Assembly (NCBI GenBank): GCA_013334575.1
Contig: JAAXXG010000004.1
Location: 18,464-82,463, forward strand
DNA length: 64,000 nt
Source: Candidatus Moraniibacteriota bacterium
GTDB lineage: Bacteria > Patescibacteriota > Minisyncoccia > Moranbacterales > UBA1568
Reading direction: 5' to 3'
Position numbers and translations under genes: made by a program. The notes beneath the pieces were generated by a model that saw nothing but the letters and a program-made list of their open reading frames with translations, made no database searches and was not told the DNA's origin. Below are positions 1-9,663 of this stretch, piece after piece (the stretch's first letter is position 1; each line of letters starts with the position of its first letter).

Positions 1-82
1 GCCGAGGGCTCCCGGAAGGGGCATACTTGGCGATGGCACCCATTCTAGCAGGTTTTCGGAAAAAGGAAAGGCCGGTCTTTCT

Positions 83-1606
83 TCAAGAGACCCGGTGTCG
101 TCCGCGTATCTTCCGGTCGTCGGATTGCCGGCGGTCTTCTATGATCTCTTTCGCCCGCTCGCGAAGCGTATCAAGGGCTTCCTTGTCGAGTTCCTTCGAT
201 CGGCGGAGCAGCGTTTCCTTGGTATTGAGGGAGGGATCCTCGATCGTTTCCGAGAGGAGGACGTCGAGAATCGCACCGATCTTCGGTCCGGGCGCGAGTC
301 CGAGTTCATGCTGAAGGTCGTTTCCACCGATCGCGAGCATCTTTACCGATACCGGATCGTTCGAGACCTTCTCGATGACGTATTCGAGGTGTCGGAGCTT
401 GTACGGTTTCGCCTTCGGGACGCCGGAACCGAGCCGGTCCGCGATGCGGAGCTCGATAAGGTCCCGCATGTTTTCGAGTCCTACCCGTCGGATCAGCCGT
501 CGGACCGAGGATTCGGTCACCTCGTCGACGTTGTAGTAGAACATGTGCTGATCTACGAGGAGCGATGTCCGATCCGTTATATCTTTCGGGAACCGGAGCC
601 GCTCGAGGATTTTCCGGGTCATGCGCGCTCCCACGTGTTCGTGTCCGTGGAACGTGGCGCGATATCCGGAACCGCGTTTGGTGCGCGTTTTCCCGATATC
701 ATGAAACAGTGCCGCCAGCCGAACGTCGAGCCGATCCGAGCGGCAGGCGCGGAGTGACCGGATATTGTGGTCGTAGATCTCGTACCGGTGATGGAGGTTC
801 TGGGCGACGCCGACACCTTCCTCGAGTTCCGGGAGAAATTGTCGGAGCAGCCCGGTTGTCCGGAGGAGCTCCACCCCGTCAGCGGGGCTGTCCGACAGGA
901 TGATCCTCGAGAATTCGTCGCGGATCCGTTCCATCGATACGTGTGAGAGAAGTGCGGAGTGCTTTCCAATCGCGGCGAGCGTCGTCGTCTCGATCGTCCA
1001 GTCGCCGTCGGGAAGAGCGCCGTCTTTCCTGAGTTCGGAGAACAGGCGGATAGCCCGCATCATTCGTAGCGCATCTTCCCCGAAGCGCTGATCGGGATTT
1101 CCGACCGTCCGGATCGTCTTCCGTCCTATATCGTCCCTGCCGTGGAAGGGATCGACGATGTCGACTTCGCGCCGACCTTCCTTCTCGGATTTCCGGACCG
1201 ACAGGGCTATCGCGTTCATCGTGAAGTCGCGACGTGAGAGATCCTCCGTGAGGGAAGTCACGAACGTGACCCGGTCCGGACGGCGGCGGTCCGAATAGTC
1301 CGATTCTGTCCGGTAGGTCGTCACCTCGACGACGTCGTGTTCGCGTCCGGCCTTTCCGCGCGGCAGGAACGGTTCCGTCTTCACGCCGACGGTCCCGAAA
1401 TCATTCTCATAGAAACTGTCGGGAAACATCCGCAGCACGTCCTCCGGCTCCGCGTCCGTGGTGATGTCCCAATCTTTCGGCTCGCGCCCAAGGAACAGGT
1501 CCCGAACGCAGCCTCCGACGATGTGTCCCTCGTACCCGTTCGTTCCGAGCGTATCGAGGATCCCGAGAACGGGGGACGGGATGAGGGTTGAGTCGAGAAA
1601 ATCCAT
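83..1606 (-). CDS. cca: CCA-adding tRNA nucleotidyltransferase / poly(A) polymerase family enzyme with HD domain
   Basis: 507-aa ORF. N-terminal Pol-beta-like head motif GGCVRDLFLGREPKDWDITTDAEPEDV. C-terminal HD motif LFHDIGK. Confidence 0.8.
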   Translation of the reverse strand: MDFLDSTLIPSPVLGILDTLGTNGYEGHIVGGCVRDLFLGREPKDWDITTDAEPEDVLRMFPDSFYENDFGTVGVKTEPFLPRGKAGREHDVVEVTTYRTESDYSDRRRPDRVTFVTSLTEDLSRRDFTMNAIALSVRKSEKEGRREVDIVDPFHGRDDIGRKTIRTVGNPDQRFGEDALRMMRAIRLFSELRKDGALPDGDWTIETTTLAAIGKHSALLSHVSMERIRDEFSRIILSDSPADGVELLRTTGLLRQFLPELEEGVGVAQNLHHRYEIYDHNIRSLRACRSDRLDVRLAALFHDIGKTRTKRGSGYRATFHGHEHVGARMTRKILERLRFPKDITDRTSLLVDQHMFYYNVDEVTESSVRRLIRRVGLENMRDLIELRIADRLGSGVPKAKPYKLRHLEYVIEKVSNDPVSVKMLAIGGNDLQHELGLAPGPKIGAILDVLLSETIEDPSLNTKETLLRRSKELDKEALDTLRERAKEIIEDRRQSDDRKIRGRHRVS

Positions 1607-1679
1607 AGGAAAAGTTTCCCGGGACGTTTCTCGCCCGTTTCCGGGCAGAATCGCCTCCGATGATGGGACGTACTCCCGG

Positions 1680-3446
1680 TCAGAGCGTGCGACGGCGGGT
1701 TTCTTCCTTGTAGCAGGCGAGCGTATCCCCGACCTGCACCTTCTCGCTGCCCTCGAAGACGAGCCCGCATTCGTTTCCCTGGCCGACCTCGTCGACGTTC
1801 TGTTTGTTCTGCTGGAGATTGAGCAGTTTCCCGTTTCCTACGGTTTCTCCTCCGCGGCGGATCTCGATGAGCGAGTTTCGGAGGATCTTGCCCTCGCTTA
1901 CCCGGCCGCCGATGATCTGGTCGCGCTTCCCGGTCTTGAAAACCGCGAGAACCGAAAGGAGTCCGAAATCGGTGCGGACGATTTCAGGGGGGAGCAGGTC
2001 CGCAAGGCGCTCCTTCGCCGAATCGACGAGCTTGTAGATGATGTTGAAGGTCTCGATCGCGACGCCGTCCTTTTCGGCGATCCGCTTGGCGACCGGGGTC
2101 GGTTCCACGTTGAAGGCGAAGATCACCGCACCCGCTCCGGCGGCCATCTTCACGTCGGATTCCGTGACCGCTCCCACCCCGGAAGAGATCTCTTCGAGGG
2201 TTACCTCCTCGTTTCCGATCGCCCCCAGGATCTGTTCGATGGCCTCGAGCGACCCCTGGACATCGGCCTTGAGTATGTAAGGGAGGTATTTCCGGCCTTC
2301 CTCCTCTTCGGCCCTCATCTTGAGGCTCTTGCCGGAGACGACGGCCTGTGATCGGGCGCGGGCCGACGCTTTGCCGCTCTCGACCGAAACGACGTCGTTG
2401 ACCTGCGGCGCATCGTGAAATCCGTAGACGACCGCCGGGACCGACGGACCCGCGGTCTCGAGGCTTTTTCCGGCATGGTCTTCCATGCGTCGGATGCGGC
2501 CGAAGACGCCTCCGGCGACGACATCCTGACCGACCTTGAGGGTGCCGGTCCGGACAAGGACGGTCGCGACGGGCCCCTTCTGCTTGTCGAGGTGGGATTC
2601 GAGGACGACGGCAAGACCGCTTCGCTTCGGATCGGCGACGAACTCCTCGACCTCGGAGACGAGGAGGATGTTTTCGAGGAGCGAGTCGATGCCGACGTTC
2701 TGCTTGGCGCTGATCTCGGAACAGAGAATCTTTCCGCCCCACTCCTCGATGAGGATATCGTGTTCGGCGAGTTCCTGTTTCACTCGTGCCACGTTGGCGT
2801 CCGGCTTGTCGATCTTGTTGATCGCGACGATGACCGGAAGGTTCCGTTCCTTGAGGTAGGTGATGACCTCCTTGGTCTGTTTCTGGATTCCGTCGTCCGC
2901 CGCGACCACGAGAATCGCGATGTCGGCGATGGAGACACCGCGCTTTCTCATGGCCGAGAAAGCCTCGTGTCCCGGGGTGTCGATGAAGGTGATCAGCTTG
3001 CCGCGCTTCTTGACCTGGTAGGTACCGAGGTGCTGCGTGATGCCCCCCGCCTCTCCGGCCGCGACGCTCGCCTTGCGGAGAGTGTCGAGCAGCGTCGTCT
3101 TTCCGTGGTCCACGTGGCCCAGAATCGTTACGATCGGCGCTCTCGGCGAAAGCTTCTTCTCGCCCTCCTTCTCCTTGGCACAGAGTGCGAGAAGGCCTTC
3201 GAGATCGAGCGGCTTGTCGGCGGATCCTTCCTCCTCGGCAGGCGACGCCTCGAACCCGAGATCGGAAGCGATGATACTCGCGGTCTCATAGTCGACCTCC
3301 TCGTTGATCGTGGCGAGGATGCCGTTCTTCATGAGCTCGGTAATGACCTGAGCCACCGGAAGTCCCAGCCGGTCCGCGAGGTCCTTGACGGTAACGGTCG
3401 CCGGAAGGGGGACTTTCTTGACGTCGGTCTGATTCGTCTCGTTCAT
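1680..3446 (-). CDS. infB: translation initiation factor IF-2 (short form)
   Basis: 588 aa. IF2 N-terminal segment ([25 protein letters not shown]). GTPase motifs [25 protein letters not shown]. Beta-barrel C-terminal domains. Confidence 0.9.
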   Translation of the reverse strand: MNETNQTDVKKVPLPATVTVKDLADRLGLPVAQVITELMKNGILATINEEVDYETASIIASDLGFEASPAEEEGSADKPLDLEGLLALCAKEKEGEKKLSPRAPIVTILGHVDHGKTTLLDTLRKASVAAGEAGGITQHLGTYQVKKRGKLITFIDTPGHEAFSAMRKRGVSIADIAILVVAADDGIQKQTKEVITYLKERNLPVIVAINKIDKPDANVARVKQELAEHDILIEEWGGKILCSEISAKQNVGIDSLLENILLVSEVEEFVADPKRSGLAVVLESHLDKQKGPVATVLVRTGTLKVGQDVVAGGVFGRIRRMEDHAGKSLETAGPSVPAVVYGFHDAPQVNDVVSVESGKASARARSQAVVSGKSLKMRAEEEEGRKYLPYILKADVQGSLEAIEQILGAIGNEEVTLEEISSGVGAVTESDVKMAAGAGAVIFAFNVEPTPVAKRIAEKDGVAIETFNIIYKLVDSAKERLADLLPPEIVRTDFGLLSVLAVFKTGKRDQIIGGRVSEGKILRNSLIEIRRGGETVGNGKLLNLQQNKQNVDEVGQGNECGLVFEGSEKVQVGDTLACYKEETRRRTL

Positions 3447-3461
3447 GATGATGCCGTTAGC

Positions 3462-4001
3462 TTATCCTTTCGTTTCCGTCCTTGTCTTCCCGAATGCTAC
3501 GGGCCGTTTTCCGGCAGCCGCCCCGACGACGTGCCGTTCCTCGTCGGACAAGGGATATTCCTTCGTTTCGGAGCCCTTTTCGACCGGTTTCGCGTACACG
3601 CGCGTCCCTTCGCGCGTATGGATCGACGATATGACGAATCCGGTATTCTTCCCGTCGAGGAGTGCGACCGCGAAGCTTTGGTTTCCCCCGACCTCCTTGA
3701 AGGGGTTGAATCGGAGGAGTCCGGTCTTGTGTATGCTTTCCTGGCCGAGCCGGTACAGCTGTTCGGCGATACCGTAGAGCTTTCGGATCTCTTCGTCGGC
3801 CGCGTCGAGTCCTTCCTTCTGCTTCAGGATGATCTCTTCGAGGTCGACTCCGGTCTTGCCGGAGAAGAGTGCGGTCAGGTCTTTACGGAGCTTTCGGACA
3901 CGAAAGAAGAGAAGGACGGAAACGAGCAGTCCGAGGCTGCCGATGCCGATGCTGGCCAGGGTCAGCGGTACGATTACCGATGCGGAAAACAGTCCTTCCA
4001 T
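3462..4001 (-). CDS. DUF4446 family membrane-anchored protein
   Basis: 179 aa. N-terminal TM helix. Hallmark block LLRFNPFKEVGGNQSFAVALLDGKNTGFVISSIHTREGTRVYAKPV matches the DUF4446 consensus (RYNAF-DVGG-QSF-ALLD-GNG-V-SS--R-SR-YAK). Confidence 0.7.
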   Translation of the reverse strand: MEGLFSASVIVPLTLASIGIGSLGLLVSVLLFFRVRKLRKDLTALFSGKTGVDLEEIILKQKEGLDAADEEIRKLYGIAEQLYRLGQESIHKTGLLRFNPFKEVGGNQSFAVALLDGKNTGFVISSIHTREGTRVYAKPVEKGSETKEYPLSDEERHVVGAAAGKRPVAFGKTRTETKG

Positions 4002-4098
4002 ACGCGAAAAATCGGTATTTCAAGCCTAGCACGCGGATTCGGGGGTGTAAAGGTTCCTGGAAACGGCAAAGACCTCGGGTTCCCGAGGTCTTGTGGCT

Positions 4099-4575
4099 TC
4101 ATTGATGGTGCAGAGAACGGCGGGTTTCCTGATACTGGGCGATTTTCCATTCGTTCCCGTTTTTTTCTCGACTGAAGGTAAGCGTAAGATCCGTGTACAA
4201 CGTACAAAAAGGCTCGGCTTCCGGGTCGTTGTCGCGGGTGTTCTTAAGGAGTCCCGGGACAGTGGCCTTGAAACAGAACATTATGGAAACGACTGACGGC
4301 CCACCCCAGTCATCTTCCATAAAAACTACGCTGTCGAGAAACTCGATAACCTCGGTCTTCTGGATAATCCCGAAATAGACTTCGTAGAAGTTTCGAATCT
4401 GGGTAAGGCCGTCGTGCTTACGTGGGATCAATGTTGATATGAGCCTGGCGTCGTTTCGGAAGAGTCCGATGACACGTGACAGATCTCTCGATCCGACAGC
4501 ATCGACATATGCGGATATAAGGTGCTCCGCGAGTGAGGCGACGGGATTTCCCGTCCGGGTCGCTGTAAGTGGCAT
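4099..4575 (-). CDS. hypothetical protein (possible NTF2/SnoaL-like fold)
   Basis: 158-aa ORF with coding-like composition on the minus strand. No recognisable catalytic motif. Confidence 0.35.
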   Translation of the reverse strand: MPLTATRTGNPVASLAEHLISAYVDAVGSRDLSRVIGLFRNDARLISTLIPRKHDGLTQIRNFYEVYFGIIQKTEVIEFLDSVVFMEDDWGGPSVVSIMFCFKATVPGLLKNTRDNDPEAEPFCTLYTDLTLTFSREKNGNEWKIAQYQETRRSLHHQ

Positions 4576-4792
4576 GGGCGGTGCACGGTTTTGTTGAGGT
4601 GTTAGGGGACTGTTAGCTCTGTCACGTTGTACGCCCGATGACTCCCGTTTGTCAAGGCCGTTTCCGGGGCGTATCGGAGGGGTTGCGCTTTACATTTCCA
4701 TACGGAGGACTATCATGGAAAACGTTGCGTTCCGGAACGGCGTTTCGTCGTTTCGGGCCACGTTACTTGAAGAGGAAAGAGAAAGACCGATC

Positions 4793-4843
4793 GCGACCGG
4801 ACAGACGAAAGGATTCCGGTTCCGAGTGGTCTTTTTGTTTTGC
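4793..4843 (+). promoter_or_regulatory. leader hairpin plus T-run (attenuator-like) upstream of the SulP transporter gene
   Basis: AGACC...GGTCT stem followed by TTTTTGTTTTG. A short uORF with a GGAGG SD (ATG 4715) precedes it. Confidence 0.25.
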
Positions 4844-4889
4844 CTTCGGGAAACATCATCCGTAAGCGCCGCGGCGCAGATCAATCCGT

Positions 4890-6521
4890 ATGCCGATTGC
4901 CGAGAATATCAGGAAGAACCTCAAGTCGGGACTCACGGTCTCGCTCATCTCCATCCCGCTGTCCGTCTCGCTCGCCGTCGCGTCCGGCGTGACGCCGGTC
5001 ATCGGCGTGATGACAGCGGTCTGGGCCGGTCTTATCGCCGCAGCCTTCGGCGGCAGCCATTACAATATCGTCGGTCCGACGGGAGCGCTCTCGGGCATCA
5101 TCGCGACCTTCGTCTTCTCGCAGGGAATCGGAAGCGTGCCGATGCTCGCGATCCTCGCCGGCATCATCATTCTCCTGGCATACTTCTTCCGGCTCGAGCG
5201 GTATCTCATCCTCGTGCCGTCGAGCGTAATCCACGGGTTCACCCTGGGAGTGGCCTTCATCATCGGGCTTAACCAGTGGAACGCCGCGTTCGGACTTCAC
5301 GGGCTCCCGTCGCACGAGAAGTTCTCGGAGAACCTGCTTGAGTCGTTCCGGCACGTTCCGGATCTCTCGCTGCCGACCTTCCTCGTCTTCCTCGTCTTCC
5401 TCGGCGGCCTGTTCCTCTTCAAGCGCTACGTGCCGAAGTTTCCGGGCGCCATCTTCCTCGCTCCGGTCGGTATCCTGCTCGGCTATCTCGGGCAGGCTGA
5501 CATCATCCCGCTTTCGCTCGAGACGCTCGGTATGAAGTACGGGGATATGGGATTCCGTCTCTTTTCGGCGCCTCATTTCTTCTATTCGGCGGCGCTGCTC
5601 AAGGGAGCGCTGGTCATTGCGCTCATCGCGATCCTCGAGACGATGCTCTCGGCCAAGATCGCGGACGGCATGACGAAGACGAAGCATGACGAGCGGAAGG
5701 AGATGTTCGGACTCGGGCTCGCGAACGTCGTATCCGGCCTCATGGGCGGGATGCCGGCGACCGCCGCCCTGGCGCGCACGTCCCTCAACATCAAGAGCGG
5801 TGCGGATCATAAGACATCCGCCATAATCAATGCCGTCGCCGTGACGGTCATCTCGGTTTTCCTGCTCCGCTTCTTCCAGTTCATCCCGATGGCGGTCATC
5901 GCGGCCATCCTGGTCTTCGTCGCGATCCAGATGGTCGAGACGGAGCATTTCTTCCGGTTCTTCCGGTTCGACAAGTCGATCTTCGTGATCTCGGTGATTG
6001 TCGCTTTCGTGACGGTCGCGGAGGATCCGATCGTCGGTATCCTGCTCGGTGTCGTCCTCTCGCTCCTCCTCTCGGTCGACAAGATGTCCCGCGGGCATTT
6101 CCATGTCCGGTTCAACCGCTACGACGAGGGAATCGTCGGCGAGCATTCGGGGGACCAGTTCCGCGAGACCGAGGAGAACGCGGACGTGCTGCTCTACTCC
6201 GTCCGCGGACGCCTCTGCTACTTCAACTGTCGGGCGCACGTGAGCCGCTTCGAGGAAGGACTTGAAAGATACAAGGAGATCATCCTGCGTCTGCGTGAGG
6301 TCCATTTCATCGATATCGACGGCATCGAGGCGCTCAACGAAATCATCTCGATCATCGAGGCACGCGGGCAGAAGGTCGCCCTTACGAGTATCGATCCGGC
6401 GATCGCCGACCTGCTCAAGGAAGGACTCGAGTCCTATAGCCGGCTTGAGAAGGAGGGGATGATCTTCTCCAAGTCCGAAGACGCCGTCCGCGCACTCGGC
6501 ATCGAACCGAAGAAGGAATAG
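4890..6521 (+). CDS. SulP family inorganic anion (sulfate/bicarbonate) transporter with C-terminal STAS domain
   Basis: 543 aa. Many TM helices. SulP signature region (LARTSLNIKSGADHKTSAIINA). C-terminal STAS-like domain (LLYSVRGRLCYFNC...ALTSIDPAIADLL). Confidence 0.85.
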   Translation: MPIAENIRKNLKSGLTVSLISIPLSVSLAVASGVTPVIGVMTAVWAGLIAAAFGGSHYNIVGPTGALSGIIATFVFSQGIGSVPMLAILAGIIILLAYFFRLERYLILVPSSVIHGFTLGVAFIIGLNQWNAAFGLHGLPSHEKFSENLLESFRHVPDLSLPTFLVFLVFLGGLFLFKRYVPKFPGAIFLAPVGILLGYLGQADIIPLSLETLGMKYGDMGFRLFSAPHFFYSAALLKGALVIALIAILETMLSAKIADGMTKTKHDERKEMFGLGLANVVSGLMGGMPATAALARTSLNIKSGADHKTSAIINAVAVTVISVFLLRFFQFIPMAVIAAILVFVAIQMVETEHFFRFFRFDKSIFVISVIVAFVTVAEDPIVGILLGVVLSLLLSVDKMSRGHFHVRFNRYDEGIVGEHSGDQFRETEENADVLLYSVRGRLCYFNCRAHVSRFEEGLERYKEIILRLREVHFIDIDGIEALNEIISIIEARGQKVALTSIDPAIADLLKEGLESYSRLEKEGMIFSKSEDAVRALGIEPKKE

Positions 6522-6707
6522 GGGAAGCCCAAGTGGTTTTTTCGGAAGGCGGGATCGATCATGTTCCGAGATGACTCTTCCTGTTGCTGGGACTGGTTTC
6601 AATGACCGTTGACATCGTAAAAACGGTCGGAGCATCGGTCGTATGCTTGGCGGTCAGGATACGGCTTCCAAAGGCGGGCTTTCGGCTTCGGTCCCGTTGT
6701 AAGCATA

Positions 6708-6735
6708 TAAAAAGCGGAACAGCTGTTCCGCTTGG
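6708..6735. terminator. bidirectional rho-independent terminator between the convergent sulP and the 6752-7474 gene
   Basis: Perfect palindrome AAGCGGAACAGCTGTTCCGCTT flanked by A/T runs. Confidence 0.5.
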
Positions 6736-6751
6736 TGAGTCATCTCCGCTT

Positions 6752-7474
6752 TCATCTCCACTCGAAGTAGAGTCGATTTGATGCGGTATCGGCGACACGG
6801 ATCTTTTCCTCAATTTTGAGTTCGTCTTCATTGAAATCAAACCATAAACGCACCGCTCTTTCATAATCCAGTGGACGTTTTTCTTCTTCGGGTCGTGACA
6901 CTTCGCGTGTGACTATCCGGCTTATTTCGATAAGAGTAATAAAGGGAAAGTTTTTTAATCTTATGTCTAGCCGCCTAATGTTGAGTTCAGCCTTCCTGCC
7001 TATTTCTTGAAGGCTTTTCGCAAAGGCTTGATCCGCGTAAAGAAGTTCAGTTCCATTTTCAAGAGCGTTAAGAAATTTCTTTTTAAGCGCAGGTAGTGTA
7101 GTTTCTTCTAAAATCTCGATTTTCTGCCCTTCCTGTTTGTGCCAAGGGGCGCATATTAACAGACATGAGCGGATTATCAACGTGCTGACTATGAAAATCA
7201 GTAAATGGAACAATATTGGACGATTCGGAAGAAATTGAAATTTTATAGCTATTACAACTAGAGATGCCAGTATCAAGGCGTATGCCCAAATGCGCCTCCC
7301 TCTTTTTTCTTGATTAGAACGCATACTGAATAGTTTTTCCCTCGCATCATCCAGCTCTCTTTGCAGGGTTTTAAACTCATCTAGCACTGGCATGAGGAAG
7401 GTCGCTATTCTTTCCGAAGCGGTTGTCCTTGGGACGATCGTTTTTGCCTCTAGGCTGTCGTCTGGATGTTTCAT
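6752..7474 (-). CDS. hypothetical membrane protein encoded in an AT-richer segment
   Basis: 240 aa. Central hydrophobic helices (IWAYALILASLVVIAIKF, LLIFIVSTLIIRSCLLICAPW). Visibly lower GC than the flanks. Confidence 0.5.
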   Translation of the reverse strand: MKHPDDSLEAKTIVPRTTASERIATFLMPVLDEFKTLQRELDDAREKLFSMRSNQEKRGRRIWAYALILASLVVIAIKFQFLPNRPILFHLLIFIVSTLIIRSCLLICAPWHKQEGQKIEILEETTLPALKKKFLNALENGTELLYADQAFAKSLQEIGRKAELNIRRLDIRLKNFPFITLIEISRIVTREVSRPEEEKRPLDYERAVRLWFDFNEDELKIEEKIRVADTASNRLYFEWR

Positions 7475-7640
7475 GGTAGCAGGTATTCTTGTTAAAGAGG
7501 ACTTTTTCCGTCAGGCTTCATCCTGACATGGGATCCTAGCAGATAATATAAAAAATGTCAATAGTAATTATCAAAAGTATATATCATTTTTTCTTTAAAA
7601 TAGGATAAAATGTAATATAATAAATTATTGTTATAATATG

Positions 7641-7675
7641 TTGACACAATAGTACTTAGAGAGTATAATGGCTTC
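7641..7675 (+). promoter_or_regulatory. sigma70-like promoter for the TrmB-family regulator gene
   Basis: TTGACA, then 17 bp, then TATAAT (ttgacacaatagtacttagagagtataat) immediately upstream of ATG 7678, in an AT-rich divergent intergenic region. Confidence 0.45.
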
Positions 7676-7677
7676 AT

Positions 7678-8451
7678 ATGAAAGAAAGCCTGATCAAAAT
7701 AGAAAATCTCCTGAAGAAAGCCGGTTTTCTGGATAAGGAAGTCGCGGTGTACCTTACCCTTCTCGAGATGGGTCGCGGCGTGGTTTCCGAGATCGCTCGG
7801 AGAGCGAATGTGAACCGGACGACCGGATACGTAATCCTAGACAGTCTGACGGGAAAAGGTTTGGTGAGCGTGTCCGGCAAGAAACCGAAACAGGAATATA
7901 TGGCGGAGTCGCCCGAGAATCTCGTGAAGTATCTGTATTCTGAGATTGAGTCGCGTAAGGCGATTACGAGGCAATTGGATGGACTGTTGCCTGAAATGAC
8001 TTCTTTGTATCGGAAGGGAGATCGACCGAAAGTATATTTTTATGAGGGCGAAGAGGGATTGAAGCGGGTGTATGAGGATACGCTGACCGCGACTGGGCCG
8101 ATTGTCGCCTATGCGACATATGAAGATATGCACAAGGCGTTGCCTGGATATTTCCCGGACTATTACAAGAGGCGTGCTAAAAAGGGGATATTTGCGCGCG
8201 GAATCGTTCCGGAGACGCCGCTTGCTTATGAGAGAGTGCGCGAGGATAAGAATGAGGCGCGAGAATTAGCGCTCGTTCCGGCGGACAGATACACGTTTTC
8301 TCCCGATATCGAAATCTACGACAACAAGATCATGATCGCGTCGTGGCGGGAGAAACTCGGTATCATCATCGAGTCCGGCGAGATCGCCGACGCGATGAAG
8401 AAGATCTTCGAGCTTGCGTGGATCGCAGCGAAGGGAATGGACAGGAATTGA
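7678..8451 (+). CDS. TrmB family transcriptional regulator (wHTH sugar-responsive regulator-like)
   Basis: 257 aa. N-terminal TrmB-type HTH block (LKKAGFLDKEVAVYLTLLEMGRGVVSEIARRANVNRTTGYVILDSLTGKGLV). Confidence 0.7.
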   Translation: MKESLIKIENLLKKAGFLDKEVAVYLTLLEMGRGVVSEIARRANVNRTTGYVILDSLTGKGLVSVSGKKPKQEYMAESPENLVKYLYSEIESRKAITRQLDGLLPEMTSLYRKGDRPKVYFYEGEEGLKRVYEDTLTATGPIVAYATYEDMHKALPGYFPDYYKRRAKKGIFARGIVPETPLAYERVREDKNEARELALVPADRYTFSPDIEIYDNKIMIASWREKLGIIIESGEIADAMKKIFELAWIAAKGMDRN

Positions 8452-8503
8452 ATCAAACGAAAGAAGGCCGGAGACATCCGGTCTTCTTTCGTTCGTCATG
8501 CTT

Positions 8504-9532
8504 CTATTCCTCGACGACTTCCATCTGCATCGTCGCGTAGTCCAGGATGACGGGCATGGGGTGCATGAGACCGATAAGTTCCGGATGCCGTTTCCCGATG
8601 ATCTCGCGCCCGAGCCGGTTGAGATAGAGGCTCCGTTCCTTCGCGCGGACGCGCTCTTCCGCGTCGGTGAAGATCGACGAGCTGAGCAGCACGAATCCGT
8701 CCGGCGCGCGTCCGGCCTCGACGTTCCGGCCGACGATATCGGCCGCGGTCGCGATCGGCTCGCCGACGTTCGGGTCGTACGGGCCGACGATGAGGGCCAT
8801 GTTCGGGGCGTGGAGCCAGTCGAATCCCTTCCCGATGGCGAGGATCCACTCGCCGTGAACGAGGTCTTCGGACGGCTTCCCGCTTATGGAAGTCTCGGCG
8901 ATGCGTCCCATGTTTCCCTGGACGAGCGGAAGGAGGTCGGCCAGGACCCGATCGGGCATGGAGGGATAGAGTTCGCGGAAGAGGAGACGGAGCGCGCCGT
9001 CGGAATCGTCGGACAGTGTCGAGACGTCGATCTGCTTCCCGCCATCCCCGTGGAAAATGAGCGTGTCGCGGTCCGTCTCGAGACCGACCCGGATCGGGAC
9101 GACAACCCCGTTGTCCTTTCCGTAGATGCGCAGGATCTGCTGACGGAAGTTCTCGGTGAACCGCATGGACGCCTCCTTGTCGTGCCCGAAGCCGGCGCAA
9201 CCGCGCTGCTTGTCTCCGGCGGAAAAGTGGTAGTTCACGAGGACGAGGACGCGTTTCCCCTCGGAGACGGCCTTTGTGACGAGCTGGTCGAACGCTTCGT
9301 TGAGGTATGGCCAACCGAGGTCGAATTTGCCGCCGATGTTCCGGAACGGACGCATGATTCCCAACGGCGTCTTCGTGACAGTCGGCATGTGGACGCGTCC
9401 GTCCATGCACTTGAAGACGACGATCTTCGTCGGATGCTGCGCGAGATAGAGTTCGCGTTCGAGCCGCTGCGCCATGAACATCTCGGAATGTCTGCGGTTG
9501 AGCTCGACGAGCATCTTCTTGCGGTTTTCCAT
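8504..9532 (-). CDS. carboxysome-shell carbonic anhydrase (CsoSCA)-like domain protein; function unknown
   Basis: 342 aa. CxDxR motif (KCMDGR). His...Cys pair 10 residues apart (NYHFSAGDKQRGCAG), about 60 residues downstream. This reproduces the Cys/His/Cys plus Asp-Arg arrangement of CsoSCA/beta-CA-like folds. The overlapping plus-strand ORFs are Arg/Asp-rich antisense artefacts. Confidence 0.45.
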   Translation of the reverse strand: MENRKKMLVELNRRHSEMFMAQRLERELYLAQHPTKIVVFKCMDGRVHMPTVTKTPLGIMRPFRNIGGKFDLGWPYLNEAFDQLVTKAVSEGKRVLVLVNYHFSAGDKQRGCAGFGHDKEASMRFTENFRQQILRIYGKDNGVVVPIRVGLETDRDTLIFHGDGGKQIDVSTLSDDSDGALRLLFRELYPSMPDRVLADLLPLVQGNMGRIAETSISGKPSEDLVHGEWILAIGKGFDWLHAPNMALIVGPYDPNVGEPIATAADIVGRNVEAGRAPDGFVLLSSSIFTDAEERVRAKERSLYLNRLGREIIGKRHPELIGLMHPMPVILDYATMQMEVVEE

Positions 9533-9625
9533 ACGGATTCGGCCGTGGCCGCCGGCGGATTGCGGCGAGACGACCCGGATACGGGTTCCACCCCATTATA
9601 GACCCGTTCCGTGTCGGGTACAGAA

Positions 9626-9654
9626 AAAGCCGCCCGAAGGCGGCTTTTCGGAAT
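9626..9654. terminator. rho-independent terminator (palindromic, bidirectional)
   Basis: AAAAAGCCGCCCGAAGGCGGCTTTTT between the CsoSCA-like gene and the SDR gene. Confidence 0.5.
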
Positions 9655-9663
9655 CGTCCGGAA

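Noticed and set aside
1984-4175. 252-aa minus and 586-aa plus ORFs over infB
   Set aside because: Off-frame or antisense to infB. Extreme Arg/Gly/Asp bias.
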